NCBI GenBank assembly: GCA_942492405.1
Contig: CALOES010000016.1
Span: 126,970 to 190,969 of the forward strand
Direction: 5' to 3'
Length of the DNA: 64,000 bases
Source of the DNA: an uncultured Planctomycetaceae bacterium
GTDB lineage: Bacteria > Planctomycetota > Planctomycetia > Planctomycetales > Planctomycetaceae
In this document: piece by piece, positions 8,793-17,301 of the stretch
Position numbering within the stretch: position 1 is the first letter of the stretch
Layout of the letters: each line of letters opens with the position of its first letter
The notes under the pieces: model-generated
Seen by the model: the letters and a program-made list of their open reading frames with translations, nothing else
What the model was told of the DNA's origin: nothing
Database searches by the model: none
Position numbers and translations under genes: made by a program

Positions 8793-10123
8793 CCGCCAGT
8801 TCCGGACGAATGCGGACGATCGCGCTCATCCTCGGCGTGGCCTTGAGTGTCGGTGCCATCGCGCTGGTCGTCTTCCTGCGTCGTCCCCCCTCCCCTCCCG
8901 AGTTGGCGCTGCCCGACCTGACGCACTTCGATGGCGAAGTGGCGGCCGCGATCGAGGCGGCGTATCAGCAAACGCAAGCGGAACCCTATTCGATCAATGC
9001 CTGGTCCACATTGGCAATGACGTTTCAGGCACATTTCCTGGTTCCGCAGGCCGAGATGTGTTTTGAATACCTCTGCCTCCGCGAACCGGAGGCAGGAAAG
9101 TGGTGGCATCTGCGCGGCTATTTGCACGAGACTATCGATCTGGAGTTCGCCAGGACATGTTATCAGCGGGCGGTGCATGACGATCCCGATTATCTGGCCT
9201 CACACATGCGTCTGGCGCGCGTGCTCGTTCGCCTGGGTGAGGTCGACGCCAGCATCGCCGAATTGAGGGAAGCACTCGCGCAGTCGCCCAGAAACCCACA
9301 TGTCAGTCTGGAACTGGCCCGGATGCTGATCGAACGCGGCGAACTCGAGGAGGCCCGGCAATTGCTAACGACGGCTTGTGATCAGCCCGGCTGGTACGCA
9401 CGGCCGGCTTATGTGGCGCTGGCACAAGTCTGCACGCGGCTGGAGGATCTCGACGCGGCGACGGCCGCTTATCAGCAGGCAATGAGCATGCCCGAAGCGA
9501 CCGATGCGATGGCCGATCCGTATCTCAGCGAGGTTCAGCAGCACGAGGCGCTCGGCCGGGGCTTCTCCGAACAAGCGGACTTGTACGCGGCGCAAGGGAG
9601 ATGGCAACAGGCCGCCAGTGCCTACGAACGCATTATCGCACGTTCGCCGGATCTCGTGGGACCGCGGCTGAATCTGGCCCACGCCTATTTGATGCTCGGC
9701 CAGTACGACGGTGCCATCACCACGGCCCGGGAGGCGGGAGAGCGGTTTCCCGGAAATCCTAACGCGGCCTTTATGCTCGCCACGATCTACCACACTGTTG
9801 GCGAAGTCCAACTCGCGCTCGAAGCGTATGAGAAGTGCTGTGAACTCGGTCCGACCAACGCCGTCCCCTGGTTCAACAAAGGTTTGCTGCTGGAATCAAC
9901 CGACGAGTTGGACCTTGCGCTCGAAGCCTATCGCCAAGCGGTGCTGTTGGAACCCAGCCACGCTCCCTCGCAACTGGCGCTTGGCGTCCTGCTGCGAAAA
10001 CTGGGACGGCCCGCGGAGGCACTCCCCTACTTAAGGAATGCCGTCATCCTCGTCCCCGGTGATCCCGTTCCCGAGGCGGAACTGCAAGCGGGCCTGGAAG
10101 CCGCTGAGGCCGTCGGTCCCTGA
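8789..10123 (+). CDS. Membrane-anchored TPR-repeat protein (ATGA overlap with upstream CRTAC1 gene)
   Basis: 444 aa. N-terminal TM (IALILGVALSVGAIALVVFL). Multiple TPR-like repeats (AWSTLAMTF..., AYERIIARSPDLV..., AFMLATIYHTVGEVQLALEAYEKCCELGP...). Start ATG overlaps the stop TGA of 7035..8792. Confidence 0.8.
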   Translation: MTASSGRMRTIALILGVALSVGAIALVVFLRRPPSPPELALPDLTHFDGEVAAAIEAAYQQTQAEPYSINAWSTLAMTFQAHFLVPQAEMCFEYLCLREPEAGKWWHLRGYLHETIDLEFARTCYQRAVHDDPDYLASHMRLARVLVRLGEVDASIAELREALAQSPRNPHVSLELARMLIERGELEEARQLLTTACDQPGWYARPAYVALAQVCTRLEDLDAATAAYQQAMSMPEATDAMADPYLSEVQQHEALGRGFSEQADLYAAQGRWQQAASAYERIIARSPDLVGPRLNLAHAYLMLGQYDGAITTAREAGERFPGNPNAAFMLATIYHTVGEVQLALEAYEKCCELGPTNAVPWFNKGLLLESTDELDLALEAYRQAVLLEPSHAPSQLALGVLLRKLGRPAEALPYLRNAVILVPGDPVPEAELQAGLEAAEAVGP

Positions 10124-10128
10124 CCGCA

Positions 10129-10794
10129 TCAGGAAGGCATGGCTTTGTCGAACACTTCGTTCGCGATGTCGTCGATGCTCCGCGTCGCGCCTGACTCCTC
10201 GACGGCAATTGACTGCCAACTCTCGCTCCGCGCTGCCAGTCGCAAATAGACCGAGCGCACGCGCTGCAGGTATCCCAGATCGGCTTCCTGCAGGTCCGCC
10301 GACCGATCGGTATAACTGCGTTGAGACTTCTTCGCGATCAACTCTTGGGCCGCAGCGGCCGGCAGGTCAAACAGCAAAGTCACATCGGGGCGCGGCAACT
10401 TGTTCTGGCCGAACTCAATCTGTTCGATCCAGCCCTCCAGTTCCGCCTGATCTTCTTCGGCGAGCTTCGCGCATTGGTGGGCGATGTTCGAAGCGACATA
10501 GCGGTCGAGGATCACGACTTCGTGATTGTCGAGTTCCCGGAGGAGCGTCTCCCGCGATTCCAGTCGGTCGCCGGCATACAGGAGCGAAACCAGAAACGGA
10601 TGAATCTCGTTCAGCCCGCCGTATCGGCCATTGAGAAACTCGCCGATCCGCCGGCCGAAGAACGTGGACTCGTAGCGGGGAAAACTGAGCAGCGCGACAC
10701 GCCTTCCATCGGCATGCAGCCGATCGCGCAATAGTGCGGCTTGAGTCCCTTTTCCGGAACCATCAATGCCTTCGATGGCAATCAGTCGCGACAC
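10129..10794 (-). CDS. tmk: Thymidylate kinase
   Basis: N-terminus MSRLIAIEGIDGSGKGTQAALL (P-loop). LSFPRY..., DRY lid region. 221 aa. Confidence 0.9.
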   Translation of the reverse strand: MSRLIAIEGIDGSGKGTQAALLRDRLHADGRRVALLSFPRYESTFFGRRIGEFLNGRYGGLNEIHPFLVSLLYAGDRLESRETLLRELDNHEVVILDRYVASNIAHQCAKLAEEDQAELEGWIEQIEFGQNKLPRPDVTLLFDLPAAAAQELIAKKSQRSYTDRSADLQEADLGYLQRVRSVYLRLAARSESWQSIAVEESGATRSIDDIANEVFDKAMPS

Positions 10795-10822
10795 GTTGCC
10801 TTCATTGAAGTGTTCGTCCTTT

Positions 10823-10846
10823 TAGCCCCCGGTCAGCGACCGGGGG
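10823..10846. repeat. REP-like palindromic hairpin, copy 1 (TAGCCCCCGGTCA-n-GACCGGGGG)
   Basis: tagcccccggtcagcgaccggggg: 9-10 bp perfect stem CCCCCGGTC/GACCGGGGG. No U-tract on either strand. Confidence 0.6.
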
Positions 10847-10887
10847 AGCGCAACCGTAGCGCGCTCAGCATGAATTACGTCCCGATT

Positions 10888-10912
10888 CCCCCCGGTCATT
10901 GACCGGGGGCTA
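10888..10912. repeat. REP-like palindromic hairpin, copy 2
   Basis: ccccccggtcattgaccgggggcta: the same arms as copy 1, about 40 bp away. Lies between the tmk start and the tRNA-Ala 3' end. Confidence 0.6.
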
Positions 10913-10936
10913 AGTGGGGGTTCCTTCAACATCAAG

Positions 10937-11009
10937 TGGAGCCGAAGGGATTCGAACCCTCGACCTCTGCATTGCGAACGCAGCGCTCTCCCAACTGAGC
11001 TACGGCCCC
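10937..11009 (-). tRNA. tRNA-Ala (anticodon CGC)
   Basis: Reverse complement GGGGCCGTAGCTCAGTTGGGAGAGCGCTGCGTTCGCAATGCAGAGGTCGAGGGTTCGAATCCCTTCGGCTCCA folds as a cloverleaf. G3:U70 Ala identity pair. Anticodon loop TTCGCAA gives CGC. T-loop TTCGAAT. CCA not encoded. Confidence 0.9.
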
Positions 11010-11182
11010 GATTGCGGGAAGGAGATTCTAAAGCGCAACACGGATGATGGGAAGCCGCGACATCGCGGGAATCGCGGGAATCGGTAGGGGTATTGGAGTG
11101 GCTTTCGGCATTTCGTCGGACGCTCAGCCGGAGAGCCGCCGGCCGCAGGGTTCGTAGGCGAGCTAATCGAACTTCACTCCGG

Positions 11183-11246
11183 TCCCCTCTCCCCCACAGT
11201 TCCGCGGCGGTTGAATCGCAGAACTTCTCAGTGGGGGAAAGGGGGA
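11183..11246. repeat. GC-rich inverted repeat element (TCCCCTCTCCCCCAC ... GTGGGGGAAAGGGGGA), family shared with 29398-29573
   Basis: Left arm at 11183-11197, right arm at 11231-11246, 33-nt loop. The arms match the CCCTCTCCCCCAC/GTGGGGGAGAGGG arms found at 29.4 kb. Confidence 0.6.
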
Positions 11247-11365
11247 AGATTTGTTGCGCCGCTGGGAACCGCTGCGGGCGCAACCGCGCACCTGAGGGTA
11301 GACGGAACGTGTACACGGACGAGTCTTCGTCCGCGCGGGCCGGCAATCGGAGAGCAACAGTATTT

Positions 11366-11438
11366 CAAGAGTACAAGCAAGAGTATCGCAAGAGTATCAC
11401 CAAGTGCGTGTCTCTACGGTTGTACTCTTGGACTCTTG
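11366..11438. repeat. Iteron-like array: 3 direct CAAGAGTA(C/T) copies followed by 2 inverted (G)TACTCTTG copies
   Basis: caagagtac (11366), caagagtat (11378), caagagtat (11389), then gtactcttg (11422) and gactcttg (11431). Intergenic region about 350 bp upstream of tRNA-Ala on its strand. Confidence 0.5.
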
Positions 11439-11616
11439 ACCGCCAAAACGGCAGGATCGCAACAATGCGATGGGATGGACATGTCGACGGCCAAAACGAC
11501 ACCGAAGGGCACGCGCAACTCGATCGGCTGTTCGATTGGGAATTCCGCCGAAATCTCCGATTGCTGTGCTCTCGGAGCGACGGCCTATCTCTGGTATGTC
11601 ACTCTGAAACTTTCAT

Positions 11617-14448
11617 TCAATTACCCGCCAAGTCGTCGCGGCCGCGAATGTGCAGCAGCACCGGCTGCGATGTCTGCCCACCTTCCGCGCCGGCGTTAAT
11701 AAAGAACAGTCGGCTCTGGGGCTCGACCCACGGAGAGGCGGTCACGAAGAACTCTCGCTCGGTTTGGCCGTCGAGCAGCAGCAGGCCGTTAAGTCCCAGG
11801 TTGTCGATGTAGACGCCGAACGGCAGATTGCGGCCGGCCCCCGCGGTTCCAAAACCGACAACTCCGTCGAAGCCATTGCGTTCGAGGACCACACCCAGCG
11901 TAATCGTCTCACCAGGATGCATTTCAAACTCGAGCAAACCATTTTCGTGCGTGGCGATTGGGATCGCTCCCCCATCACGAGCGACAATGCGGGCCAGGAG
12001 CTTGGGTGCCTCGGCCAGTTTGATCTCGCCCAGATTGCCTGCATCCTGCGTGACCTCTTGACCAAGGATCGTTGCCGTCGCAGTGACGGTGGTCGTCGAT
12101 GCATTCTCAGGCGTCGGCATCGGTGCGTCGGCTGTCGCGGTGATGACGCCGAACGCCTCGATCTGACCTTCTTCAATCACAATCGGTGTCGTGACCGCGA
12201 AACCCGGTGGCAAGCCGGAGATATCGACGCGAATCGGCCCCTCGAAGTGATCGATTCGTTGGGCGGTGATGCGGAACTCTTTCCCGCTTCCCGCGTTGAC
12301 GGTCGGGCCGCCGTTATGGACCGTCACTCGAAAGTCGGGTTGTCTCGGTCGAATGGTGAGCGAATAGGTATGCTCGGCTCCTTCGAAGCCGCGCACGTCG
12401 CGAATCCTCACGAGGTAATCGCCATCAGCAGGCGCGGTGAAGTACAAACGCGAGTCGGCTCCCAACTCACGACGGGCATCGTCGTCGTTCTCAAAGTAGA
12501 TCGGAAAGACGGGCAAACCATTCGGGACGAGTTCTGTTCCCGGCGGATAGGGTTCGACGATGTAACACGGTTCGCCGAGTGCGTGGGCCAGCGGAGTCGT
12601 ATCGAACCAGCCCCAGCGATTCCCCTGGCCGGGATAGACCATGTATCCCGAATCAGGTCCGCGCGGGTAAAGCCAGAGCTTCACGACTTCGCCATTGGAG
12701 TAGAGAAACTGGTTGAGGTCCATCTCTTCCCAGTTGAAGACGCGAAAGTCGTCGACGGTGGTGTTGTCCTTTCCGCGAAACGTGAAGTACGAATCACGCA
12801 CTGCCTGCAGCAGCACGCGCTCGATGGGATTCCCTTCGAGGTCGAGGACTTCAATCAGTGAGTCGAGCTTCGATCCCGCGCGGGCGGCGTTGACTTCGAT
12901 CACCCATTCCTCACCCGCCTTCGCGGTGAAGCGGAACAAGTCGCTGTCGATGACTCCATCAACATTCCCTTCGATGATTCCTGTTATCGTCGCGGGGATC
13001 GCGACTGCGTTCGCCTGTTCGGGCATCTGATTCGGCTCGGCCTCCGCCACCTGCGCCATGTCACCGGACGGAATCACGGTCGGCATGTCGGCCACTGTGC
13101 CAGCGCCTGCCTCGTTTGAGGCTGTTACGGTCAGCAGGCTCAAGCTGCCATCCATGCGGCCCACGAGAAAGCGGTCGCCAGAGGAGAGTGGCGCGAGTGC
13201 CATCGCGACAGCAGGCTCACCTTCCCAGAGTTGACGTTCGCTGTAGCCGGCGGTTTCCCATGCCTTCAGAGTGCGATCTTCGGCAGAGGAATAAAGCGTC
13301 GAACCACCGGCGTTAAAAGCGATCTCGAGAATCGGCCCTTCATGTGCAAACCGGGCATGCAGCAGCGGATTGATCCTCGGTCCCTCTGTTGAAATGAATC
13401 TCCACACGCGAATGCGGTTGTCGGCTCCGGCTGCCACGATGTACTGACCATCGGGGCTGAAGGCGCACGCATACTGTTCCTTCAGAGGTTGACCCAGCGT
13501 ATCGAGCCGTTCGCCATCGCTCACGCGCCAGACTTTGCAGGTATCATCCGCACTGGCGCTCACCAGGAAGCGGCTGTCGGGACTGTAGGCCACGTCGTAC
13601 ACAGCGCCGTTGTGACCTTCGAGCACTCGTAACTCGGCACCCGTTGCAACATCCCAGATACGGATCGTGCGATCGTAACTGCATGTCGCCAGCGTGGCTC
13701 CATCAGGAGAAAGTTCGGCATCGTAGAGCGTGTCGCGATGTCCCTCGAATTGTTGAATCAGACTTCCATCGACGACATTCCAGATTGCCGCGATGCCGCC
13801 CAACCCGGAGACTCCCGACGCCGTGATGAGTTTGCTCCCATCGGAACTGAAGTGAATGCCGTTGACCTTGCCCGGGAACGAATCCAGCGAGAGCAACGGC
13901 TGTTCGAGATTCTCATCCATCGACTGCGTGTGATGAAATGTGAATACCTCGACGCTGCCGAACCTGCCGACGGCAATGCTTTCATCAGTCGGCGACACCG
14001 CCAACGCGGTAATGGGGCTGATGTCGTTTCCACTGGCGATATCGGGGACGATCAACATCAACGGGTTGATCGCGGCCCCTTCCGGTCCTTTGGCACCGGC
14101 ATCAATCCAGGCGGCGATCAATGCAATCTCTTCCTCAGTCGGACGCGGCTCACCTTCCGGAGGCATGACTGTCTCGGATTCGCCCGTCAGTACGCGAACG
14201 ATCTGGCTCCCCTCGGCATCCCCTGCCAGCAAAGCCGGCCCCTCTTCAAGGCCCTGTTGCAGCGACTCGAAACTCGCCAGCGACAGACCCCCATCGCGAC
14301 CATCATCATCATGACACCCCGCGCAATACTTATTGAACAGCGGAGCGATCTGGGTTTGATAATCGGGAGTTGGAGCATCGTCCGCCTGTGATGAGGTTAT
14401 AGACGCAGCTATCACGCACACGATGCCGAGCACTCTCAGAGACTTCAT
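11617..14448 (-). CDS. PSCyt1 (Planctomycete c-type cytochrome domain) plus WD40 beta-propeller plus pre-peptidase-C-terminal-like domain protein, secreted
   Basis: 943 aa. Signal MKSLRVLGIVCVIAASITSSQA. FNKYCAGCHDDDGRDGGLSLASFESLQQG (CxxCH). At least 6 WD40 blades (e.g. IRIWDVATGAELRVLEGHNGAVYDVAYSPDSRFLVSASADDTCKVWRV). DSDLFRFTAKAGEEWVIEV (PPC-like). Confidence 0.85.
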   Translation of the reverse strand: MKSLRVLGIVCVIAASITSSQADDAPTPDYQTQIAPLFNKYCAGCHDDDGRDGGLSLASFESLQQGLEEGPALLAGDAEGSQIVRVLTGESETVMPPEGEPRPTEEEIALIAAWIDAGAKGPEGAAINPLMLIVPDIASGNDISPITALAVSPTDESIAVGRFGSVEVFTFHHTQSMDENLEQPLLSLDSFPGKVNGIHFSSDGSKLITASGVSGLGGIAAIWNVVDGSLIQQFEGHRDTLYDAELSPDGATLATCSYDRTIRIWDVATGAELRVLEGHNGAVYDVAYSPDSRFLVSASADDTCKVWRVSDGERLDTLGQPLKEQYACAFSPDGQYIVAAGADNRIRVWRFISTEGPRINPLLHARFAHEGPILEIAFNAGGSTLYSSAEDRTLKAWETAGYSERQLWEGEPAVAMALAPLSSGDRFLVGRMDGSLSLLTVTASNEAGAGTVADMPTVIPSGDMAQVAEAEPNQMPEQANAVAIPATITGIIEGNVDGVIDSDLFRFTAKAGEEWVIEVNAARAGSKLDSLIEVLDLEGNPIERVLLQAVRDSYFTFRGKDNTTVDDFRVFNWEEMDLNQFLYSNGEVVKLWLYPRGPDSGYMVYPGQGNRWGWFDTTPLAHALGEPCYIVEPYPPGTELVPNGLPVFPIYFENDDDARRELGADSRLYFTAPADGDYLVRIRDVRGFEGAEHTYSLTIRPRQPDFRVTVHNGGPTVNAGSGKEFRITAQRIDHFEGPIRVDISGLPPGFAVTTPIVIEEGQIEAFGVITATADAPMPTPENASTTTVTATATILGQEVTQDAGNLGEIKLAEAPKLLARIVARDGGAIPIATHENGLLEFEMHPGETITLGVVLERNGFDGVVGFGTAGAGRNLPFGVYIDNLGLNGLLLLDGQTEREFFVTASPWVEPQSRLFFINAGAEGGQTSQPVLLHIRGRDDLAGN

Positions 14449-14537
14449 GACAATGACCTCAGCCGGTATAGAAAAGGAATCACCGCCCGCAATGGTATCA
14501 CGCCGGGAGACGGATCCCCACCGAATTCGCTTCAGGG

Positions 14538-15404
14538 TCAGTTGCTCGTTTTCTTCCGCTTTCTACGATACTCGCCGATCCGAGCGTGGCGTTCATCTTC
14601 GCATGAGACCGCACAATGGGATACCAGCCGGCATGTCTCGCAGCGAAAATGAAACTTGAAAAAGACTTCCGTCTTTTCGACGCCCATGTTCTCCGGCACA
14701 GCCCACTTCCTGCCGCAGCCTGGACAGCGGCGTTTCTCTTCAATGCCCGCCCTGCCCCAGTATCGCATCAGGTAGTAGTAAGTCGGCTTGCTGGTCCATG
14801 ATTCGATACCGGCGCAAATCTCACGGCCAGACTCGGACAATTCGCTCATCGGGTCGGCCAACTGCCGGTAGGCTTTCATTTCCAGTTCTCCCGAACTCAA
14901 CCAGATAGAATCGTGCGCGCGATAGGATCTGCACCAGGAAACGACATGATCCCGTAAGAAAACTCCATCCGGCGTTGGGTCGGCCAGCTTCAAAAGATAG
15001 AGCGGGATCGGGCTGCCTGTATCACCCGAGCGGATTGGATGGTCAACGGTCAAGAAGTGTGTGAACAAGTATAGGGATGTCGATCGCTTCAATACGTTGG
15101 GACGATAGTCTCGCAAACTCGTGTCCTCGATGATGGTGATAGAGGGTTCGCACCCGAACGCTTCTCGAACTTCTTCAAGGGTCGTATTGCCCCATTTGGA
15201 ATTGTGTTTCTTGGCCAGTGAATCGCGAAACGACATTTCCACATGCGCAACGAGTCCATCGTTGGTCCATGCCGCCATGAAGTTCTGGTAGATCTGTCCA
15301 TTACGTTCGAGATCCCCGAGATACCAGAGAGCCTTGTCCCGCAACTGATCTTCATCGAGTTGACTCGTGTTTCCCGTGCCAAAGTTGATCGTTGCGAGAT
15401 GCAT
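14538..15404 (-). CDS. Hypothetical Zn-ribbon protein (possibly DUF2310-like), lower GC than its neighbours
   Basis: 288 aa. C-terminal Cys cluster RCPGCGRKW...FRCETCRLVSHCAVSCEDE followed by a basic tail RRKRKK. By eye GC is about 50-52% versus about 60% in flanking genes. 90 bp upstream of the PSCyt1-WD40 gene on the same strand. Confidence 0.55.
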   Translation of the reverse strand: MHLATINFGTGNTSQLDEDQLRDKALWYLGDLERNGQIYQNFMAAWTNDGLVAHVEMSFRDSLAKKHNSKWGNTTLEEVREAFGCEPSITIIEDTSLRDYRPNVLKRSTSLYLFTHFLTVDHPIRSGDTGSPIPLYLLKLADPTPDGVFLRDHVVSWCRSYRAHDSIWLSSGELEMKAYRQLADPMSELSESGREICAGIESWTSKPTYYYLMRYWGRAGIEEKRRCPGCGRKWAVPENMGVEKTEVFFKFHFRCETCRLVSHCAVSCEDERHARIGEYRRKRKKTSN

Positions 15405-15735
15405 CTAATCGACCTATGCGAGGATGAAGGTGGTCCAACGTCGTTGCGACATGCCGCTCGACTCCAGGCTCTTTTGACAATGCCAATTGTAACTCTTGCT
15501 CAGCTCAATGAGTGTGTGATCGTCTCGATGTCATTGTGTCACCAATTCGACAATGAGGGCGGCAGGTCTTCAATTCAAGGCTGATGACAATGTTCAGAGA
15601 CATCGCGAGTGGAATTGACTGCGCTCGCCTCGACTGGCACGGCGAGTGCATTTGATTCTGACGCGAGTCAAGCCGACTCGCTCACCAGGGGCCGGACGCC
15701 TGTCACACACTCTCTCTTGAAGGAAGGACGTCTCA

Positions 15736-16280
15736 TGTTTCGCACACTCAAATTTACCGCCGCTGTTCTCACCACTGCATTCCTGTTGCCCGGCCTGGCG
15801 TCGGCACAGGGTTTCTTTTCACCCTTCGGATGTGCCAACGGACGCTGTGGCACGACCAACTATCGAGCCAATCCTTATTCCAGCGCGCAATATGGCAATC
15901 AGACTTATGTCAATCAGGGCATTGCGGCCGGCGGGTGCTATGGAGGTTCGTGCCCCGTGAACTACGGTACAAACGCCCCATGCGCACAACATGGTATCGT
16001 CGGTTGCCAGCAGTGTCAGAATGGCGTCTGCCAACAAGTGCCCTGTGCGCAGCATGGAGTTGTGAACTGTCCGCAGTGCCAGGGTGGCCTCAATCAACAA
16101 CGTCCGTTGCAGTACAACTTCAGCGGTTTCACGGGCCAGGCGTATCAGCCGACTCAGTATCAACCCGCACAAGTTCCACCGACGTCCAACCCTTACCTTC
16201 AGCCTTTGGGATCGTCGTACGGGACCGGCCGTGTTCAGACGACGCCAACCTACGGCAATAGTACGGTCACTCTTTACTAG
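15736..16280 (+). CDS. Secreted Cys/Gln-rich repeat protein (hypothetical)
   Basis: Start at the ATG preceded by aaggaagga. Signal MFRTLKFTAAVLTTAFLLPGLASAQG. Repeated motif PCAQHG(I/V)V(G/N)C(Q/P)QCQ(N/G)G twice plus a further CxxxC pair. Q/Y/P-rich low-complexity C-terminus. Ends 60 bp before a strong terminator. Confidence 0.6.
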
Positions 16281-16340
16281 GTCACTCAAGCCAATACCAA
16301 AGAGAGGCTTACGCTTCATTGAGTTGATTCCTGACTCGTA

Positions 16341-16377
16341 GCCGGCATGCACCGCGGTGCATGCCGGTTCTTTTTTT
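16341..16377 (+). terminator. Rho-independent terminator
   Basis: gccggcatgcacc-gcg-gtgcatgccgg (12-bp GC-rich perfect stem) followed by ttcttttttt. Confidence 0.85.
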
Positions 16378-16539
16378 GGAGGACGCACTTTGTGGTGCGG
16401 AGTTCGCATCCGAATTGGTGGCGGCAGTGGTAGCTGCCTATGTACCATCGTCGTTCAATGGAACAGCGCACGATGTGTGTCCCAGTCAGATCAGAGAGAA
16501 TGGGCTAATGATGCGTCCCGACGACGGCGGAGCGGATTG

Positions 16540-17301
16540 ATGCGGGTCATGAGCTATAACATTCACCGCGGCGTCGGTGGCCGGGATGGTAGGTATCGAC
16601 CACAGCGCGTGATCGACGTGATCGAGGCCCAGAATCCCGACATCATCTGCCTGCAGGAGATCGCGCATAAAACGAAACAGGTTCGACACGACGATCAGCC
16701 TGATATGTTCACGAAGGCGCTCCACTTCGAGCATGTGCTATTTCAGGGGAATCGCCACCTCACGGAAGGGGTGTGGGGCAACATGATTCTGTCGCGCTGG
16801 CCGATCATTCAGTCCCATCGGATCTCGCTAACGTGGCAATGGCGAAAGGCGCGCGGGGCGATTCTGGTCGTCATCGACACGCCTGAGGGACCGCTGCATG
16901 TGATCAACTGGCATCTGGGACTCTCGGCTCGTGAGCGAATATGGCAGACGCGACATTTGTTGCAGCACGCGTTGTATCGTGAGTCGATTCATCTGCCGAC
17001 ATTGCTGATCGGAGATTCGAACGATTGGCGGAATCGACTCTGGAAGAAGGAACTTGAGGTTCGTGACTACCAACTCGTGACACGCCCCATTTCTCGCTAT
17101 CGCACCTACCCGGCGACACTCCCGATGGGCGCGCTCGACAAGGCGTATTGTCTGGGGAACATCAAGGTGCGCGCCTGTACCATCGTTCGCGACAAGTCGA
17201 CCAGAACGGCCTCAGACCACCTTCCGTTGTTGGTCGACTTGCACCTTGAAGCGGATTCCACAGCGAACGCGGTCGGTGATGCCCCTCAGGATTCCGCATG
17301 A
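16540..17301 (+). CDS. Endonuclease/exonuclease/phosphatase (EEP) family protein, YbhP-like
   Basis: MRVMSYNIHRGVGGRDG...DIICLQEI...MILSRWPI...LIGDSNDW...ASDHLPLLVDL: canonical EEP catalytic motifs. Start chosen at the ATG at 16540; the track ORF begins upstream inside the terminator. Confidence 0.85.
   Translation: MRVMSYNIHRGVGGRDGRYRPQRVIDVIEAQNPDIICLQEIAHKTKQVRHDDQPDMFTKALHFEHVLFQGNRHLTEGVWGNMILSRWPIIQSHRISLTWQWRKARGAILVVIDTPEGPLHVINWHLGLSARERIWQTRHLLQHALYRESIHLPTLLIGDSNDWRNRLWKKELEVRDYQLVTRPISRYRTYPATLPMGALDKAYCLGNIKVRACTIVRDKSTRTASDHLPLLVDLHLEADSTANAVGDAPQDSA

Noticed and set aside
10822-11346. 174-aa - strand ORF overlapping tRNA-Ala and the GC-rich inverted repeat
   Set aside because: Runs straight through a confidently folded tRNA and palindromic repeats. 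Arg/Ser-rich low-complexity translation.
11650-12861. 403-aa + strand ORF
   Set aside because: Antisense to the PSCyt1-WD40 gene.
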